Assembly: GCF_006345805.1 (NCBI RefSeq)
Contig: NC_042999.1
Location: 56,048,001-56,112,000 of the forward strand
Length of the DNA stretch: 64,000 nt
DNA from: Octopus sinensis
Taxonomy: Eukaryota
Direction: 5' to 3'
This document shows positions 1-14,069 of this stretch, piece by piece (the first letter of the stretch is position 1; the number at the start of each line of letters is the position of its first letter). The translations under genes and the position numbers were made by a program. The notes beneath the pieces are model-generated. The model was not told the origin of the DNA and ran no database searches. It worked only from the letters and a program-made list of their open reading frames with translations.

Positions 1-260
1 CAGCCATTCACAAGGATTGATTTTGGGTATCTCTGAAATATCAGCAACAATGTCTTTTAAAGATACTTTAAAGTAATCCTTGAACCTCTTCCTTTGGTCC
101 ATAACTGCACTTTTCCCACCACAGTCCTGTATACAGGGACCACTGGGATGTAGTAGTCTGACATGTAACTAACATATCTAGCCTATCTGACAAAAGGCTG
201 CTCATTCCCACCATCAACATCTTCATGTCCAGTTTTCACTGCTTGACATAATATTTTTAA
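1..260 (-). mobile_element. Degenerate RTE-clade LINE, ORF2 C-terminal remnant
   Basis: Minus-strand translation contains QRKRFKDYFKVSLKD, resembling the GGQxKRFKDxLKxSLK motif at the end of RTE/BovB-type ORF2; stops nearby. Confidence 0.5.
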
Positions 261-1135
261 AGCTTTCTAACAATACACATTTGTTAGTTCCCTTCAGAAT
301 TTTACCTTTATGTAATATCTTATATACAATTTGAATGTAAAACCATTAATTTCCTTATAGGGATATAGATATAAGAGAAGTTATAGATGTAAATTTAAAT
401 GTAAAGGGAACATATAATTATTTTGATAAGAGAGGTAACTTATATTTATTTCAACAAAAACAACTGTTTAGAATTCTGAAGGTGAAAGTGTGAGGATAAA
501 TTTTTGAAAGTTTAGGATTTAAGTTGAAACAAGGAATGAAATTTTAAATGTGTTGCAATAAAATGCTTAAGTTTTGTGATGGATTATAAAACATGATAAA
601 ATTAAAAACAATTTTTATGAAATGGAGAAAAAAAATTTTTAAACCCTAAAAGATTATTTGTAAATTTACATTACTTTTGAGTCCAAAATTAAAGAAATTT
701 TAAGCTAATGTAAGAAAGTATATGAATTTTAGGTTAGAAGGTAAAGAGATATGGACTTTTAGGCTTTGGAAGTTACAGCAAAGTGAATATGTGTACAACA
801 TGCTGGAGAATGAATATGTAAAAGGAAATAATTTAGAAAAGGCAGTGATGGAAGCAATTACAGGTAAAAATACACACAAAGATACAGGTATATATGTAAA
901 AAAGATATACAAGAATATATATACAAATATATATATATATATATGTGTGTGCGTGTGTGTGTATAACTATCTAAAACTATTCATACGGTCAGTCTAAAAT
1001 GGCTTTTGCGTGGCATATCATCTCACTCAGATAGCACCTAAAAGGGAAATTAGTACTAAAAAATATTTGCACTGAAAACTCATCATTTTATGTCCACTTT
1101 ATGAGCTGTCATATGTTAAATCAGTTCTTGCTTAA

Positions 1136-1356
1136 CCCTTTTGTTACTGTATTCATTTTGAGATGCTCTGTGTTTCTTTCAATTATTTTAAATATAACAA
1201 AGAATTTAGTAAAATAACTTAGTTATCATTAAGCTAGTATTAGGAATATAAATTGCGACTAAGGTTTGGTGGTATATTTTGATGCAAAACTTATGAAAAC
1301 AAGACATTTGTACTACAGAGCCAGAGCCGGTTTTGGCCAGGTTGGTAACGAAAGGG
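1136..1356. mobile_element. piggyBac-type MITE (221 bp), same TIR family as 46240-47315
   Basis: TTAA at 1132-1135 and 1357-1360; TIRs CCCTTTTGTTAC / GTAACGAAAGGG; subterminal sequence matches the ends of the 46240-47315 element in reverse orientation. Confidence 0.85.
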
Positions 1357-1722
1357 TTAAGGTTATGAGCCTTGTATGTGTGGCCAAGAGACCTCACTTC
1401 TCTCATCCTTTTTCTTTTTCTGAATGATTTCTACAGGTGATAGCTGGATACTCTTACTAACACCAACCATTTTACATAATATAGAGTAACAAGTGGGTTT
1501 TTTTTTTTTTTTTTTTGCACCAGCACTAGAGAAATTCTCATGTTCTCAACGAAACAAATCTATAAGATCCTCCCAACCCAACGAGGCCTCCACACATCCA
1601 CCAACCAATTTACAGTGTGAACTGGATGCATTTTTTCATGACACCAGCTCTAGGTAGGTAGTTATGTCCTTCTCAAGTCAGTGTTTAAAGGACCTGTCTA
1701 CTCTGAAGTTATTCAGTGTGTG

Positions 1723-1826
1723 GAATGAATGAATGAATGAATGAATGAATGAAGGAATGAATGAAGGAATGAATGAAGGAAGGAATGAATGAAGGAAGGA
1801 AGGGAGGGAGGGAGGGAGGGAGGAAA
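1723..1826. repeat. Compound tetranucleotide microsatellite (GAAT)n-(GAAG)n-(GGGA)n
   Basis: Directly visible. Confidence 0.95.
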
Positions 1827-2299
1827 AAGAAGATAGAACTAGAATAGAGTCTCTGACCAAGTTCCATACTCTGTGTCTGATGAGTGCTTTTATGAGCCAT
1901 TCAAGCTATGTACAGAGGTACAGTCAAGAAGGTGTGTTCACAATAATTTTAAAGACAAATTTAGTATACAGTTAGAGAGCCATCAAGGCTCAGTTCACAG
2001 TCTTCTATTTATTGTAAGTTCTTATAGCTGAAACTGTAGTAGATTTAGGGTTTTGAATGTGGAGGCAAAACCTGGTTAAGAGGTATCAAACTGAAATTAG
2101 CTAAAACTTAACTTTTAAAAAACAGAAGAGAAGATAGGACTCTGCTATCATCAAGGAAATGGCCTGGCTCAATATACAACACAGGAGTACACAGACTTTC
2201 CTTATGATGTACCTAATGTAAACTATGGTTACACAAAAAGTGCAGTGGGATCACAGGTAAGCTAATGGAGAAGATAGGCTCAATATGCAGTAAGTGCAC

Positions 2300-2465
2300 C
2301 TTTAAACCAGCAATATCTGACCCAAATATTTTACATTTTATGCTCAAACTATCTAGATCCAGCCTCTCACACCTATCCTATACTGTTGTTCTAAAAATAA
2401 ACAATCATATCATCAAAACATTGAAGTTATGAGATAATAGGTGATTAATTCAAAAACAATGTGAA
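2300..2465 (+). mobile_element. Truncated copy of the second TTAA MITE family (cf. 26197-26417, 48322-48538)
   Basis: Internal sequence TTTAAACCAGCAATATCTGACCCAAATATT...TGCTCAAA...CCAGATCC...ACACCTATCC aligns by eye with the two full copies; TIRs eroded. Confidence 0.6.
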
Positions 2466-3019
2466 CAGAAGCACACAGATAGTGCAAACTTCTGTCAACG
2501 CAACACCAACGTCCTCTCAATGATTAACCAGAGATGATTTTTAAAATGAGAATATCTGAAATAAAATCCTTCAATGAATATCATGAGGCCGTTTGGTTTT
2601 CTCTTCTCTTAAATTCCGATCTTCCTTAAATAATCTTGTTGTTTTAGATCAATGTATAGAATTGTGTAAGTATACTGTAGAGTGTTAAAATGTATGAATA
2701 ATCTCCTAATATAATAATGAGCATTGTCTTTTTATATATAAATAAAATAGAGTGAGAGGTGAAGGTAGAGGAGATAAATAGCAAAGACAGCATCATATGA
2801 ATGAGAAAGGAAAAGGTGATAAATGAATAAGGAAGGTGTGATAAAAGGATTTGAAGTGTGAGTATATGTGTGTGTGTGTAAAAGAAAGGTATGTTTGTGT
2901 GTGTGTGTGTACAATGGAAATGGGATGGTAATGATCAACACTGAAAATATGTGTGTATGTGTGTGCATGTACAAGAGAACTATGTGAAACTTTACATATG
3001 CATGTAAAGAAAACATAAA

Positions 3020-3222
3020 AAATAATCCAGAATCCTTGTCTGGTACCGGATCAATCCCAAAATCTAATCAGTTCATGCCAGTCACGAGGCCAAACAACCC
3101 TGAAAGTTTTATCTGAATCCATCCAGTGCTTCTTGAGATATCTTGTCCATGGATGGACAAACAAATAATCAAAGAAACACGACTGAAAACAATACCTCCG
3201 CCTTTGCTAAGGTGGAGGTAAT
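3020..3222 (+). mobile_element. Non-autonomous Helentron/DINE-1-like (HINE) element
   Basis: GGATCAATCCCAAAATCTAATCAGTTC...TGAAAGTTTTATCTGAATCC...GAGATATCTTG...GGACAAACAAA...GAAAACAA followed by the 3' hairpin TACCTCCGCCTT-TGCT-AAGGTGGAGGTA (3193-3220). Family assignment is from recalled HINE architecture. Confidence 0.55.
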
Positions 3223-5684
3223 GAATAAACTTTACATTTGACAGAGTTAGCTAATGCTAAAGAGTAAACAATAAGAGCATAAATAGATTCCCTCAAATGC
3301 TCAGAAAGTTCACTGAACATTTTACATACTGAGATGTCTAATTAACAGTGGGAGTGTGTGCTCTGAGAATATATCAGCAAGAATAAGAATGCAAAGTAAA
3401 AAGTTTAGGGACCTATTACCTCTATTGGCAACATAGGGTTTCGCTTTTACTGAATGGCAGATGGTGTGCTGTCTGCGTATGAACTGTGATGTTGCAAGAT
3501 AGCAAAACACAGCTTTACAATGTAGAGAGTTTCTATAGACTAGGCAAAAATGAAGCAAGCAAGATTTGCTGGATATATAATGTATGTGTGTACATAAATG
3601 ATAAAACACAAATGAATTGAGGTCTGAATTGAGCCTCATGAAGGAGATAACAAAAGAATACAATGATTGGTGGCACACAGTGCTAGAGAAGGCCTGCTTA
3701 TGCATGCAATCATATCATAACAAATGTTAACATGCTGGTTGAGTTGAAAGCTGCGAAGTATGTAACTAATTTTGGGACTATTGCTCAATATATTTCTATT
3801 TACCAAACTCACCTCTTTGATAACCTCCCTCTAGTTCTATCAGTTACTCACTAGTCACCTTCACACTTATCCACTATTTCTCCCATGTTATTATCACTCT
3901 TTTCAGTCACCCACCCTTCTTTTAGCCTTCCTGGACACAAGCCAACTTCATTATTGATGGTGGTGTGGTAAAATGCACCCTGTACAGAGCAAAGAAGAGA
4001 TGACATAGGGTTAAGAAAACCCTTTAGCCTGTTCTAGAATATGATAGCCTCTCTCATACAGTCCCATATTAAAATGCACCCAGTACATTTCTGTAAAGTT
4101 GGCATGAGAAAAGGCATCTGACCATAGAAACATTTCCAAAAGTGGAACATTGTGAATGAGACATGATGCTCTTACTCATTTAGGAAAACATTTTTTTTGT
4201 TTTTGCATGCATACAGATATAGATACATGTGGATGCAACATAGTCAAATAGTTTTTTTTTAAATGCTTCACATTTATAGTGCTAGATTCAACTGCATTGT
4301 GCATTATCTTAGGCAAATGTCTTTTATGATAGCCTCAAATCATCTTAAGCCAGTTGAATGAAATTAGGTATACAGACATTATGTGATAATTTGCTGAACT
4401 CTACCAAAAAAATCAAAATGCCAACATTGTCACACATTTTGTCAGGCTGAGAGTAGACAGGTCAGTAGAATATCCAACCACTTACATGCTAACTGAATCA
4501 AACAACTGAATACTTATTAAAACCAAAGAATCTTCATTGACAAATGCATGTGCATGCGCATGCATGCACACACAATGTAATTATATGGACTGATGTGAAT
4601 AGAAAGGGAATGATGTATGGAACAAGTGAAATTTTACTTCAGTTTACTGGGGGGGGGGGGGCTTTTTAAAAAAAAAATTACATCTACTAGCACTTACAGT
4701 GTTATATGCACTGCCACATAATGTGATTATTTAATATAGTTGATGAAACTACATTAATACAAGGACTGATTATTTAAATATAATGTAATCTGGGGACAAA
4801 AAACTATTTTAGAATACCACATCTCATTTGAAAGCAGACCTGGTACCAATAAAGACACAGATGCATGATGAAATTATCACAAATATACAGATATAGACAC
4901 CAGTGAATATAGCAATATAGAAACTACTCTATGCATTTCATTTTTTACCTTTAGGTAGCTCTGTAATCAAACAAATATAAGAACCTTGTGATGTATTTCA
5001 CTTTTAAAATGTTGAAGGAGAATGTTAACAACATTGATCTCACTAGTGTTAGAGGGTCTGTGAGGGCATGAGCACAGCCCCCTCCCCAAGATCAAACCAA
5101 TGAGAAAAAAACGCATTGTGCACACAATACTGAGAAAGACTGTATGTGTGTGTGTGTGTGTGTAAGTGAAATGTGACCACAAATACAAAAACTGAATACA
5201 CACGCACGCGTGAGTGTGTGTATATATAGAAAGGGAGAGAGAAAGATATATATGTGTGTGTGCATTCACGGACACTTCTATATTGCATTCTTTATTTTTT
5301 TTCTTTTCAGCAGACCACTGGCATATCAAAAAAAAAAAGAAAGAAAAAAATTGCATGCAGTAACAGATAGCTCTATTTACAGTCTCAAACCACCTAATTA
5401 TCAGTAACTATACTAAATATATTACAATGAGGAAGCACAAATTTTAAGGTTCCTCTAGTGTTGACTTCATGTGAAGGTCTATAGCAGCAAAAAAAAAAAT
5501 GTAAAAAAAATATTTTTTTTAACAAATAACTTGGACAATTGGGTGGGCCAGTGTTTTTTGTTTGCATCTTTTACTTTACATACTTCTTGTAAAATTATTT
5601 AATATTATCATTGCACGTTAAAAAAATAAATTAAATAATAATGTATGTACTAGCAAGGAATGTACACACAACACACAAACTTAC

Positions 5685-5744
5685 TCTTTCAAATGGCAAT
5701 TGTGATCTTCCCATAAGATTATTATTACTACTTCTTGGACTCCC
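5685..5744 (-). CDS. KMT2C: Probable KMT2C/D exon (60 nt, phase 0-0): GSPRSSNNNLMGRSQLPFER
   Basis: Acceptor ataatttcag| and donor |gtaagt; open frame; phase compatible with the upstream exons. No homology check possible. Confidence 0.7.
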
Positions 5745-7965
5745 CTGAAATTATATTTTAAAAAACAGAGCTATCAAATGATGATCTGATTTGTATGGTA
5801 AAAAAATATACCCCTAGTTTTATTTAGGAACCAATTAACATTTAATAGAACTAAATTACGTTGCAAATTCAATTCATTAAAATAATAAGTTATATTTTAA
5901 ACCCTTTATAGTAGACTGACATAGCTGAAATTAAAATTATACCAAAAAATTATCTCAGATTTTTTTTTTTTTAAAGTTGTAAAAGTATTTTTGAAATGGT
6001 TCTTATTTATATTATGAACAGTGAAGAAATATGAAATGAAGTTTTCAAGTTATACATTAAAGTAAATAGTTTTTTAAAGACGCAATAGATATTCTCTAAA
6101 ATACTGTTCAGCTTTCTTTCTCAGTTAAACTATGACTGAAATTCTATTAGAACTTGGTGCCCATATGGTTTCTGTTAGAATCAATCTCAGAACTACAGGA
6201 GAAATAAGTACCATGAAGCAAAGAAAAAAAAATGGAGGTGAACCTCACTAAAGTCAATGATAAAAGTTGCCCCGACAACATTTCAGAAAATAGAAAACAG
6301 TTAAACATTTAGGGTCAGCTATGCAACATAGATTCCAATCGCCCAATATGGGTACAACCAAACAGAAATAAAGATATATAGGTCTGCTTGTTCAATTGTC
6401 AAACAGAAGGTCCTTGTTCCATACTATCTGAAACATTATGAATACATATTTTCATGTAGCCAAGTAGGCACTTCTATCACAGTACAACTGATTGGCAATA
6501 TGAATGTAATTTAATGGAGGAAACAATATATGTGATAAGTCAAGCCATATCTGAAGATGACTCCTGAGAGCAAAATAAAAGTGTAGAGAACAGTGTTTAA
6601 CTGACACTGCCCTTAAACCGATCTTACAATGTCTATTAATGTATTTGTATTTAAATATCAACTGGAAACCTCAATAACATGAAATTTCAGCAAATAAAAA
6701 TGTGAAACCATCCACTATTATTGCTGTGTTTCCCCTCTGTCCCATGTGCCCTACAACTTTTTGTTTTCCAAACTTCTACATCTATTTCCTATATTTTCAT
6801 CCATTTTAAAAGGTTCTCTGCAGTAATTTTAGTCGCAGTCAGTCAAAATTACACTATTTTCAAAATAGGTGAAAACTGATTGATTTTAACTAAGATATAT
6901 CTATTTTCTGAAATAATATCAACAGTAAAGAGTTAATTCACTAACAGACTGAAGTTGTTTTTCTAAAGGAAAAGAAGAAAATTAATTTCTCTTCCAAACA
7001 ACAACTTTCTTGAGTTATTGGAAGTTGTCCAATAGATAACTACAAAAATTAACCTTTATTAAAAAATATATAAATACAAGGAAAAGATAGCGGAGGATCA
7101 AGTTATGGGACCTTTACAAGCCTGGAGGTGATTTGGGTAGTTTTTGCCATAAATAAAATGGAGATATAAAAGCTATTACAATCTGCAGCAACTGAAGCAA
7201 ATAACTGGAGCACAAGTCTGATTTGTGGTCATCTCTATAGTTCACTATCATGAACAGAACATTGACTTTGAAGCTCTGTTAATATCTACATAAAAATAAT
7301 ACCACACAGATAAAACGGTTATTACCTATTTTTAAAGTGAGATCCCTCCTGATATTGTACAGAGGGCATTTAAAACCAATGAGCTAAATAAATTATTGCC
7401 CAGTGAAAAACAATAAAAGGCTACAAAGGTTGAATATTCTCCTGCAAATATATTCTTGACAAATGAGGGGGGGGTGAGTAACTGTTGGAAAACTGATGGT
7501 ATAGCTAGCCATTGCTGCTGGGAATTGACGTATGTTAAAAAGACAATGATGTAAAGTGTCATGGACTGGGGCATAATGTGAGACAGAACTTATCTTTTCT
7601 ATACCAAACCATGTTTTTGACTCATATTTTAATACTTACAGAGATTTAAAAACTGTGGGAGCAAACACAATATGCCACAATGATTGCATGAAAAAATAGC
7701 TATGATTGGGTATTAGAAAAATAAGTTAAAAACTAAAAAGTTATGGGGTGTATAAAAACTCAGAAGGCAAAATAATTTTCTTTCTAACCAGCTCAATTCA
7801 GCTGGAATTACTTAACCACTCATTTATTTCAATTATAAAAATGATTTAGATAAATTGAACTGATAATGAGCTACATTCAGTTGTTAGACCAGGTAATAAA
7901 TGGTGATGGCATTTGGCCTAATATATAGAAAATTCAGGTATGGTCAGTGTGCATGCACTCTCTCA

Positions 7966-7967
<2 letters not shown>

Positions 7968-8023
<56 letters not shown>

Positions 8024-8038
8024 TACACATGCACACAG
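7968..8038. repeat. (AT)n-(AC)n microsatellite
   Basis: Directly visible. Confidence 0.95.
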
Positions 8039-9594
8039 CAACTTTGAAAGATGCTAACAATTTGTAAGCCATACTGCCATCAGTATACTGCCATCAGTAT
8101 CTCTGAGCAGATGCTGCAACTCAATTGAGGGCAAGCTATTCCTCAAATACACTACCATTAGAAGAAGGTAAAATTCTGTTATTATTACCCTGCTAATTTG
8201 ACAGACCTCCACAAGGCAGAAAAATAACTGATGGTCACATGAGTGTATGCCAATGTCAGAAAAAGAAAACATCCAGTGGGTTTCTATTAAACATCCCAAA
8301 ATGGATTTGCAAGATTGCATTACGTTGTGATTCTTCTTACAGTCCACTGAATTTATCTGTTTTGTTTAAAATTTATTTGTTGAGTTCCAAATACTAATTT
8401 AATACACAAATAAAGGAAAGTATTAGAGTTGTTGTGTGAATGCTATCTAAATTCTTGTTTTTACAATTAATTGAAACTTGGGGAGAGGGTCTATTCAGGT
8501 TACAAATGGTTTAATGACATATGGATAAAGGATTAATGATATACAGAGAATATGGACCAGAAAGGTATAGAAGGAAATGCATAGAGATAGAAGAACTAAT
8601 GAAAAAGAATGAACATTTATCCAGCATGTATTGCAAGAAACAAATGTAAAAATGTGATGATGGTGGTGCATGGCTGCCAACAAAACAGGTTTTTAATTAT
8701 TTACATGGCAAAGATTCTAATTCTTTAATCAAATGTATAAATACAAAATAGAATAGAGTGAAAGATATATATTAAAGCTGAAGCTGAAATTGAATGAAAG
8801 ATCTGAAATATCATGAAGCCACATCAGAACTTCAGATTAAAGATCCTGATTAACTAAACGACACCCAGTCCTTTAGTGTAGAAGTAGAGAGGTATTGCAC
8901 GTCTCCTTCATGATAATGAATACAAAGAGGATTTATAATACATCAATGTTATATAACAATAAATATAATATTCAAATAAATTAAATTTACATTTATTTAC
9001 TAGGTATTAGATATGATCACCATTTTTTACTTAGTTTTTGCACTAAACATTTAGAACAATTATTTACTAAGCTCTATTTCATTAATAAACTCATCCCACT
9101 GTAATACAGTCTCTACATATTTTCCTTCCCAAGTTAAATGCACAAGCAAAAATATATCTTTGAATATCAAACTGATTTATAATTACACTTAGAAGAAGTC
9201 TTTTCATTCTACTAATATCTTTAAATATTTAAATAAAATGTATTGCTCAAACATACAAATTTGTACTTGTTATGAACTGCTCCCTAGAACAAGCTAATAT
9301 AAATTTAAAAAGTTCATCACTCTCACATTTTATTGAAGCAATTACCTGTTGCCAATAGTTAATGGCATTTCTTGAACTGCAATACTTTTAAGAAATGTTA
9401 CTTCAAAGATCCTGTTCTAAGATTACAAGGTTTCAATAGAACAAAAACAACCATTTATTTATTAAGAGTGGTTAATTGAGCACACTGTTAAAAGGAAGCG
9501 GTTATAAATCATTAGCAACAATTACAATATAGCACAACAATATAAAATGAGCAAGCAAAGAAATAACAAATAACACCATAAATACAAAACTTAC

Positions 9595-9672
9595 CCCCGA
9601 AGGAAATTTAAAGATAGGCCAGAATCCATGCTCAGGATGCCTACGTCGTCTATTAGCATACAGGTGATGTAG
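9595..9672 (-). CDS. KMT2C: Probable KMT2C/D exon (78 nt, phase 0-0): LHHLYANRRRRHPEHGFWPIFKFPSG
   Basis: Acceptor tttttactctctag| and donor |gtaagt; GC-richer open frame; phase 0 matches the donor of the giant exon at 27248. Confidence 0.65.
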
Positions 9673-10434
9673 CTAGAGAGTAAAAACAGCAACACAACTG
9701 GAGTTGAAAGCACCAACGTGTTAGCACAATACTACAAAGCATCACTTTAGACCATTCATCAAATAGAGCTGCAAACTTCATATAAAAAGTTAGAGGATAT
9801 GATTTTCATCCTTTAGAATTAAATCTTTTTTTTCTTTGGTTTAATTTATATTTTCATCAACAAATGACAATGCTTAATGCATCTTTCTTAACTAAGATCT
9901 TATAGTAAATAAGATAATGACAATATAAAGTATAGTTGTAGGTATGAATTCTTCAAACTCTACTTCATATAAAGTATTTATTATTATTTGCAGCTATATT
10001 TGGAGAAGAACAAGCACGAAATATTCATTGAATAAGTAAATGAATAATTAAAATAAGCAATTAGTGTTGATTTAGCTCAACTGAATTAGTATCAATTACT
10101 TTATATTAATTTTATAAAACTGAAACAAGAAAGATTCACAAATATTGGAAATGAAACTTCACTAGTCATTATTTTAAATTTCTAATTTCCTATCTTCAAA
10201 TGGAACATTATAAAATAAAAAAAAGGTGGGGAATGCATAGATGTTGAAAGACATACAGTGGCCAATGTGTGAATATTTTGACATGTTTTGATTGGATACA
10301 ATTGAAATAGAAGCTTATTAGTTGACCATATGAATATAGTATACAAAATCAGGAATGGGGATTTGCTAGTTAGAGGAAAGAAGAATAAGGGAAGAAAAGA
10401 ATCAGTATAAATATGTAAGGAATAATAAAAAATA

Positions 10435-10476
<42 letters not shown>

Positions 10477-12219
10477 TTCTGAATATAGAGAAAAAGTGTA
10501 ACTTTAAAAAAGAAAGGGAGGGTGGTAAAAGAAATTAAAAATGAATTTAGAAAATTTAACATGTGTCAAGGAAAATAAGACAACTAAACTATGCAAGGGG
10601 AATGGGATGAAAATATAATTATAAAAGAAAACTAGTAATATAACCCAATTTCATTCAAATCTACTTGAGTCGCATTTTAAAGATGAGGAATTTTGCCCTA
10701 GAGGCCACGCCTTTCAATTGAGCTAACTCAAAGTTGCCATGCAAACTCCCCAGCACTTTTAACATAGGTGTGCAGATTTTCAGGTCAAACACTTTTGCCT
10801 GCACAACTGCTTGTGAGACAACGTCTACCCTTTTCACAAATATATAGTAGATACTTAAAATCTTCAGATTATGGAGAGAAGACAGTGTGAAAAGATGACA
10901 ATGAAAAAGTAAATAGTTTAGAGATAAATCAAACTGTTTAAAACCATTTAGCAGACAATTATAGAATTTATCTGAAAAAACCACTACTGCAGAAAGCCTC
11001 ACTGAAAGGTGTTAATGAACATGCCACATTATCTCAAAGTATGAGAATGGACCATGAACTATTCCAAGGTATAATCTTTAGGTTAAACTCGAGAAAAAAT
11101 ATCACCAGAGAATTCCTAAATTGAATTTCTCTTCTCTTTCCATCTGACAAATCATAGATATCATAAGATCTCTAGCAGAAGCTCAGTTACAACTGGCTAT
11201 TGTTGCTGTAAAAAATTTGCTTGCTGAATTAACTACTTCAATTCAAAATGGCTTTCCAACTGCAACTATTGTCTTTTTTCATACCTGTAATTACATTTCT
11301 CCAAATAACAGTCGTCTCAATGGTAATTTGCCTTTCAAAAGTATTAAGTTATTCTTTAAGGTGCAGTTAAACTATAGCACAGTTTCAATTTCCAATCAGA
11401 TTAACACAAGTTTGTCAAATATATTCAATTTTTGAAAGAATCTAGTCCAACTTTGCTTAAAATTTAATTAATTTTTAGAGCAGGACAATGTAGTATTATA
11501 TACTCGTGAATCCTTCAGTTCAAACTTCCATTGCAAATTAAATTTGTGAGGAGTTTAAAATTTGCATGCATTGAAAGATCTTGAGGCTTTCTAATTATTT
11601 AACCCAAACAGTTAAGGTCTCTGTGAACAATTGCATCTTTGGATGTCATCTTATGCTATCATCCTTGCTGCTTTACACTGAAGATTTTAAATATTTCATT
11701 CTCATGTCCTTATCGTTGCATGTTATTTCTCTTGCACACAAGTATTTTTCTATTCATTTCTTTTTATAAGTTTAAAATTCTTTTTCCTTTCCTTTAAGCT
11801 TGATAATTTCTATTTCATTTCTTTTACCTTTTTGCTATATTCATTTTTTGCTTTTACATTCAGAAATTTTTATACTCATGGGGTCCCCACCACCACCTTT
11901 TTTTTTTGTTTGACTTTTTTTTTTGTGCACATTTGTATTATTTTCAGTATACATATTTGCAGTTCTCTCCCCATCTCTCTATTTTGCACACAACAGTTAT
12001 ATGGTGAACATACTTTTAATTCAATGTTATTTGATCTAAACATCCGAAGATATTCAAAATATCTCCACTGTATGTCTGTGAAATGCCTCTCACACTCCAT
12101 TTCTCATAACCCACTGAAGATCAGAAATGCAAAACTCTCAGTAATATTCTGTAAAGTTTCAGTTTCTAATAAATTTAATGTATAACTCCTTCCAGTACTT
12201 AGTAACTGCTTACTCCTTC

Positions 12220-12385
<166 letters not shown>

Positions 12386-14069
12386 TAATTTTTCAAACAT
12401 TGTTAAAATAATTAAAAGTAGATGAAAAAAATATTTTGTAAGTTTTTCGAAATTATTAGGAATCATTTCAATTTGTATTATTATATATTGCTCCAAGCAG
12501 AATCTACAACCAACTGAACAAGCTTTAGTTCATCAATTAATTTGTAAAATTTAATAAACCAGATAGCTTCATTTTGGTTACTCAACATTAGTACATATCA
12601 TTTCAGGTATGAAAAAGTCTCACAAAGATTCAGCACCAGATCAGACCTCAGAACTTATTGTTATATAGATATATAACCAGAGCCTGCTCAGTCATGACTA
12701 ACTATTTTGCTTCTATTTGTTTCGCCCCCGACTCTCTCCACATATATATAACTCACCAGAACACATCAAATTAATACTAAACATTCATAAGATATATCTT
12801 ATTCTTCCTACAATTTTTATTGTGTACACTTTATTTCTTCATCATACATTTTCTTCACAACATACTCCTACTTCCATGCACATCCAAAATACTAAAACAC
12901 TGACCTACTAGTTTTCAGAATTCTTCCTCAATAAGACCTTCTATGTCCATGGTTCAACAAACAATCTGAGAATCTATTCAACTTCTGCCTATATAACTCT
13001 CCCCATATAATGTCAAAGTAACCTATGTAAGCACCACAACCACATGCAACATAAGTCCATCACACCAATCCTTCAAAACCCTAACATTTGGGAAAACTAT
13101 AAACTACACACCTTTTAAAGGACCCTTGTGCAAGAAATGGCTGTACAAAAATGCACAGCTAACATACCTATAAATTACCTACTCAGTGAAACTAAAGATA
13201 TAATTACAAAAATGTCACAAATATGCAAATGATATAATTACTTAATGTAATAGGCTTTCAGACAAAAAAATAGGTATGTGTCCAACCATTTCACATTCCT
13301 AGACTTTACTAAAGTATTGGATCAAGATTACAACACCATTCTGAAATTACTTTCTCTCCCATATAATTCCGACAAATCAAAAAGAAAAGAAAAAAATCAA
13401 ACTCATTTAGATATTTTAAGCTACAATGCAACACCCAAGATCAATGTGCCTACTTCTGCTGCGATCATTAAATTTTCATATATTATAAAAGCAAACTATA
13501 TTTAAAAAAACGGTTGGCACTCAAAAGATGTATAAAAGAGACAGGGCAGTATGGTTGTCAGGTCTACTGAATCATAACATTTCAAATACTCTCATACATT
13601 GTTGTCACCATTGTCATTATTATTACTATTAATGCACTTTATATACTTTATGCACAATTTTATAGACTTCATACACGGCAATTATAAAATAAATATTCAC
13701 TCTTACTTTTACATTTTTTCCCATAAACGAAAAAAAAAAATCCCATACACATGATACAACCTTTAGTTAAATTGCATATATCTGCTATGTAAATAAGCAT
13801 GAATATTTCACAGAATTGCACTTCTCTCTCCCTCCCTTCTTTCTCTCTGCCTTTCTTTAACCTCACCATCAGAACATCACTCCTCTGCTAAAATTATATT
13901 TTTAACCCTCCTCCTCTATATCACTACCTTTAACTAACTTTTTTAATCAGGTAATAAATATTACATTCCCCCTACCTCATGTCATAGACGTTTCTCTCTC
14001 CCTCTTTTTCTCTAATCATGTGAAAGCATTACTAACGGGCTAAGTAAGAAGATGACAAGCAGAATTATT

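Noticed and set aside
3322-3705. 127-aa minus ORF containing an exon-like stretch ending G|gtaata
   Set aside because: Moderate splice sites and no recognisable homology; cannot be supported.
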